Both the position numbers and the translations under genes were made by a program. From Caldimonas sp. (GTDB taxonomy: Bacteria > Pseudomonadota > Gammaproteobacteria > Burkholderiales > Burkholderiaceae_C), in NCBI GenBank assembly GCA_039916285.1, contig JBDSLQ010000415.1:1-34909 (forward strand): a stretch of 34,909 nucleotides of DNA. The letters run 5' to 3'. This document shows positions 34,665-34,909 of the stretch, one piece after another. The notes beneath the pieces are model-generated. The model was given only the letters and a program-made list of their open reading frames with translations. It was not told where the DNA came from and made no database searches. Position 1 is the first letter of the stretch. Every line of letters starts with the position of its first letter.

Positions 34665-34909
34665 TCAGCCTCCGAGGGCGAGCGTCAGGCGATAGGTGAT
34701 GAACGAGGCGATGTAGGCGAGCGCGAACAGGTACGCCGCCATGATCAGCGGATAGCGCCACGAGTTCGTCTCGCGCTTGACAACCGCGAGCGTCGACAGG
34801 CACTGCGGCGCGAACACGTACCAGGCGAGCAGCGAGTAGGCGGTGGCGAGCGGCCAGCCCTTGGCGATGATCGGCGCGAGCGCATCGGCGACCGAGTCTC
34901 CCGCCGCCG
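34665..34909 (-). CDS. feoB: Ferrous iron transporter FeoB, C-terminal fragment
   Basis: Manual translation: ...WPLATAYSLLAWYVFAPQCLSTLAVVKRETNSWRYPLIMAAYLFALAYIASFITY. Confidence 0.88.
   Translation of the reverse strand, partial: AAGDSVADALAPIIAKGWPLATAYSLLAWYVFAPQCLSTLAVVKRETNSWRYPLIMAAYLFALAYIASFITYRLTLALGG

Noticed and set aside
1-34909. CRISPR arrays, tRNA/rRNA, transposases, integrases, defence systems (cNMP domains as CBASS/Pycsar effectors)
   Set aside because: No repeat-spacer arrays, RNA genes, mobility genes or nucleotide cyclase seen; the cNMP-like domains are in a metabolic context.

Overview
High-GC, probably betaproteobacterial window almost filled by one coherent C1-sulfur catabolic cluster, most consistent with methanesulfonate (MSA) dissimilation. 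It encodes: a Rieske non-heme iron monooxygenase (msmA-msmB-msmD-msmC order); a six-gene sulfonate-type ABC importer (two binding proteins, two permeases, two ATPases); tetrahydrofolate-linked C1 oxidation genes (folD, fhs, 5-formyl-THF cyclo-ligase, folB, two-subunit NAD-linked formate dehydrogenase); and several sulfite/sulfate handlers (partial SoeA with a divergent LysR, SoxC/SoxD-like pair, TauE, SulP). A sigma54 two-component system sits in the cluster. Six -24/-12 promoters and a recurring palindrome GTTTC-N5-GAAAC can be read directly from the DNA. The most unusual features are (1) three related non-canonical cNMP-binding-fold domains (FGW instead of FGE), one fused to the monooxygenase ferredoxin, one fused to an ABC permease and one stand-alone; (2) a co-regulated divergent PanB-like/GcvT-like operon that could be an undescribed formaldehyde-to-methylene-THF capture step; (3) an asymmetric ATPase pair; and (4) a response regulator with no in-frame canonical start codon. 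The window ends in a feoB fragment. All calls come from motif recognition by eye; no database searches were run.
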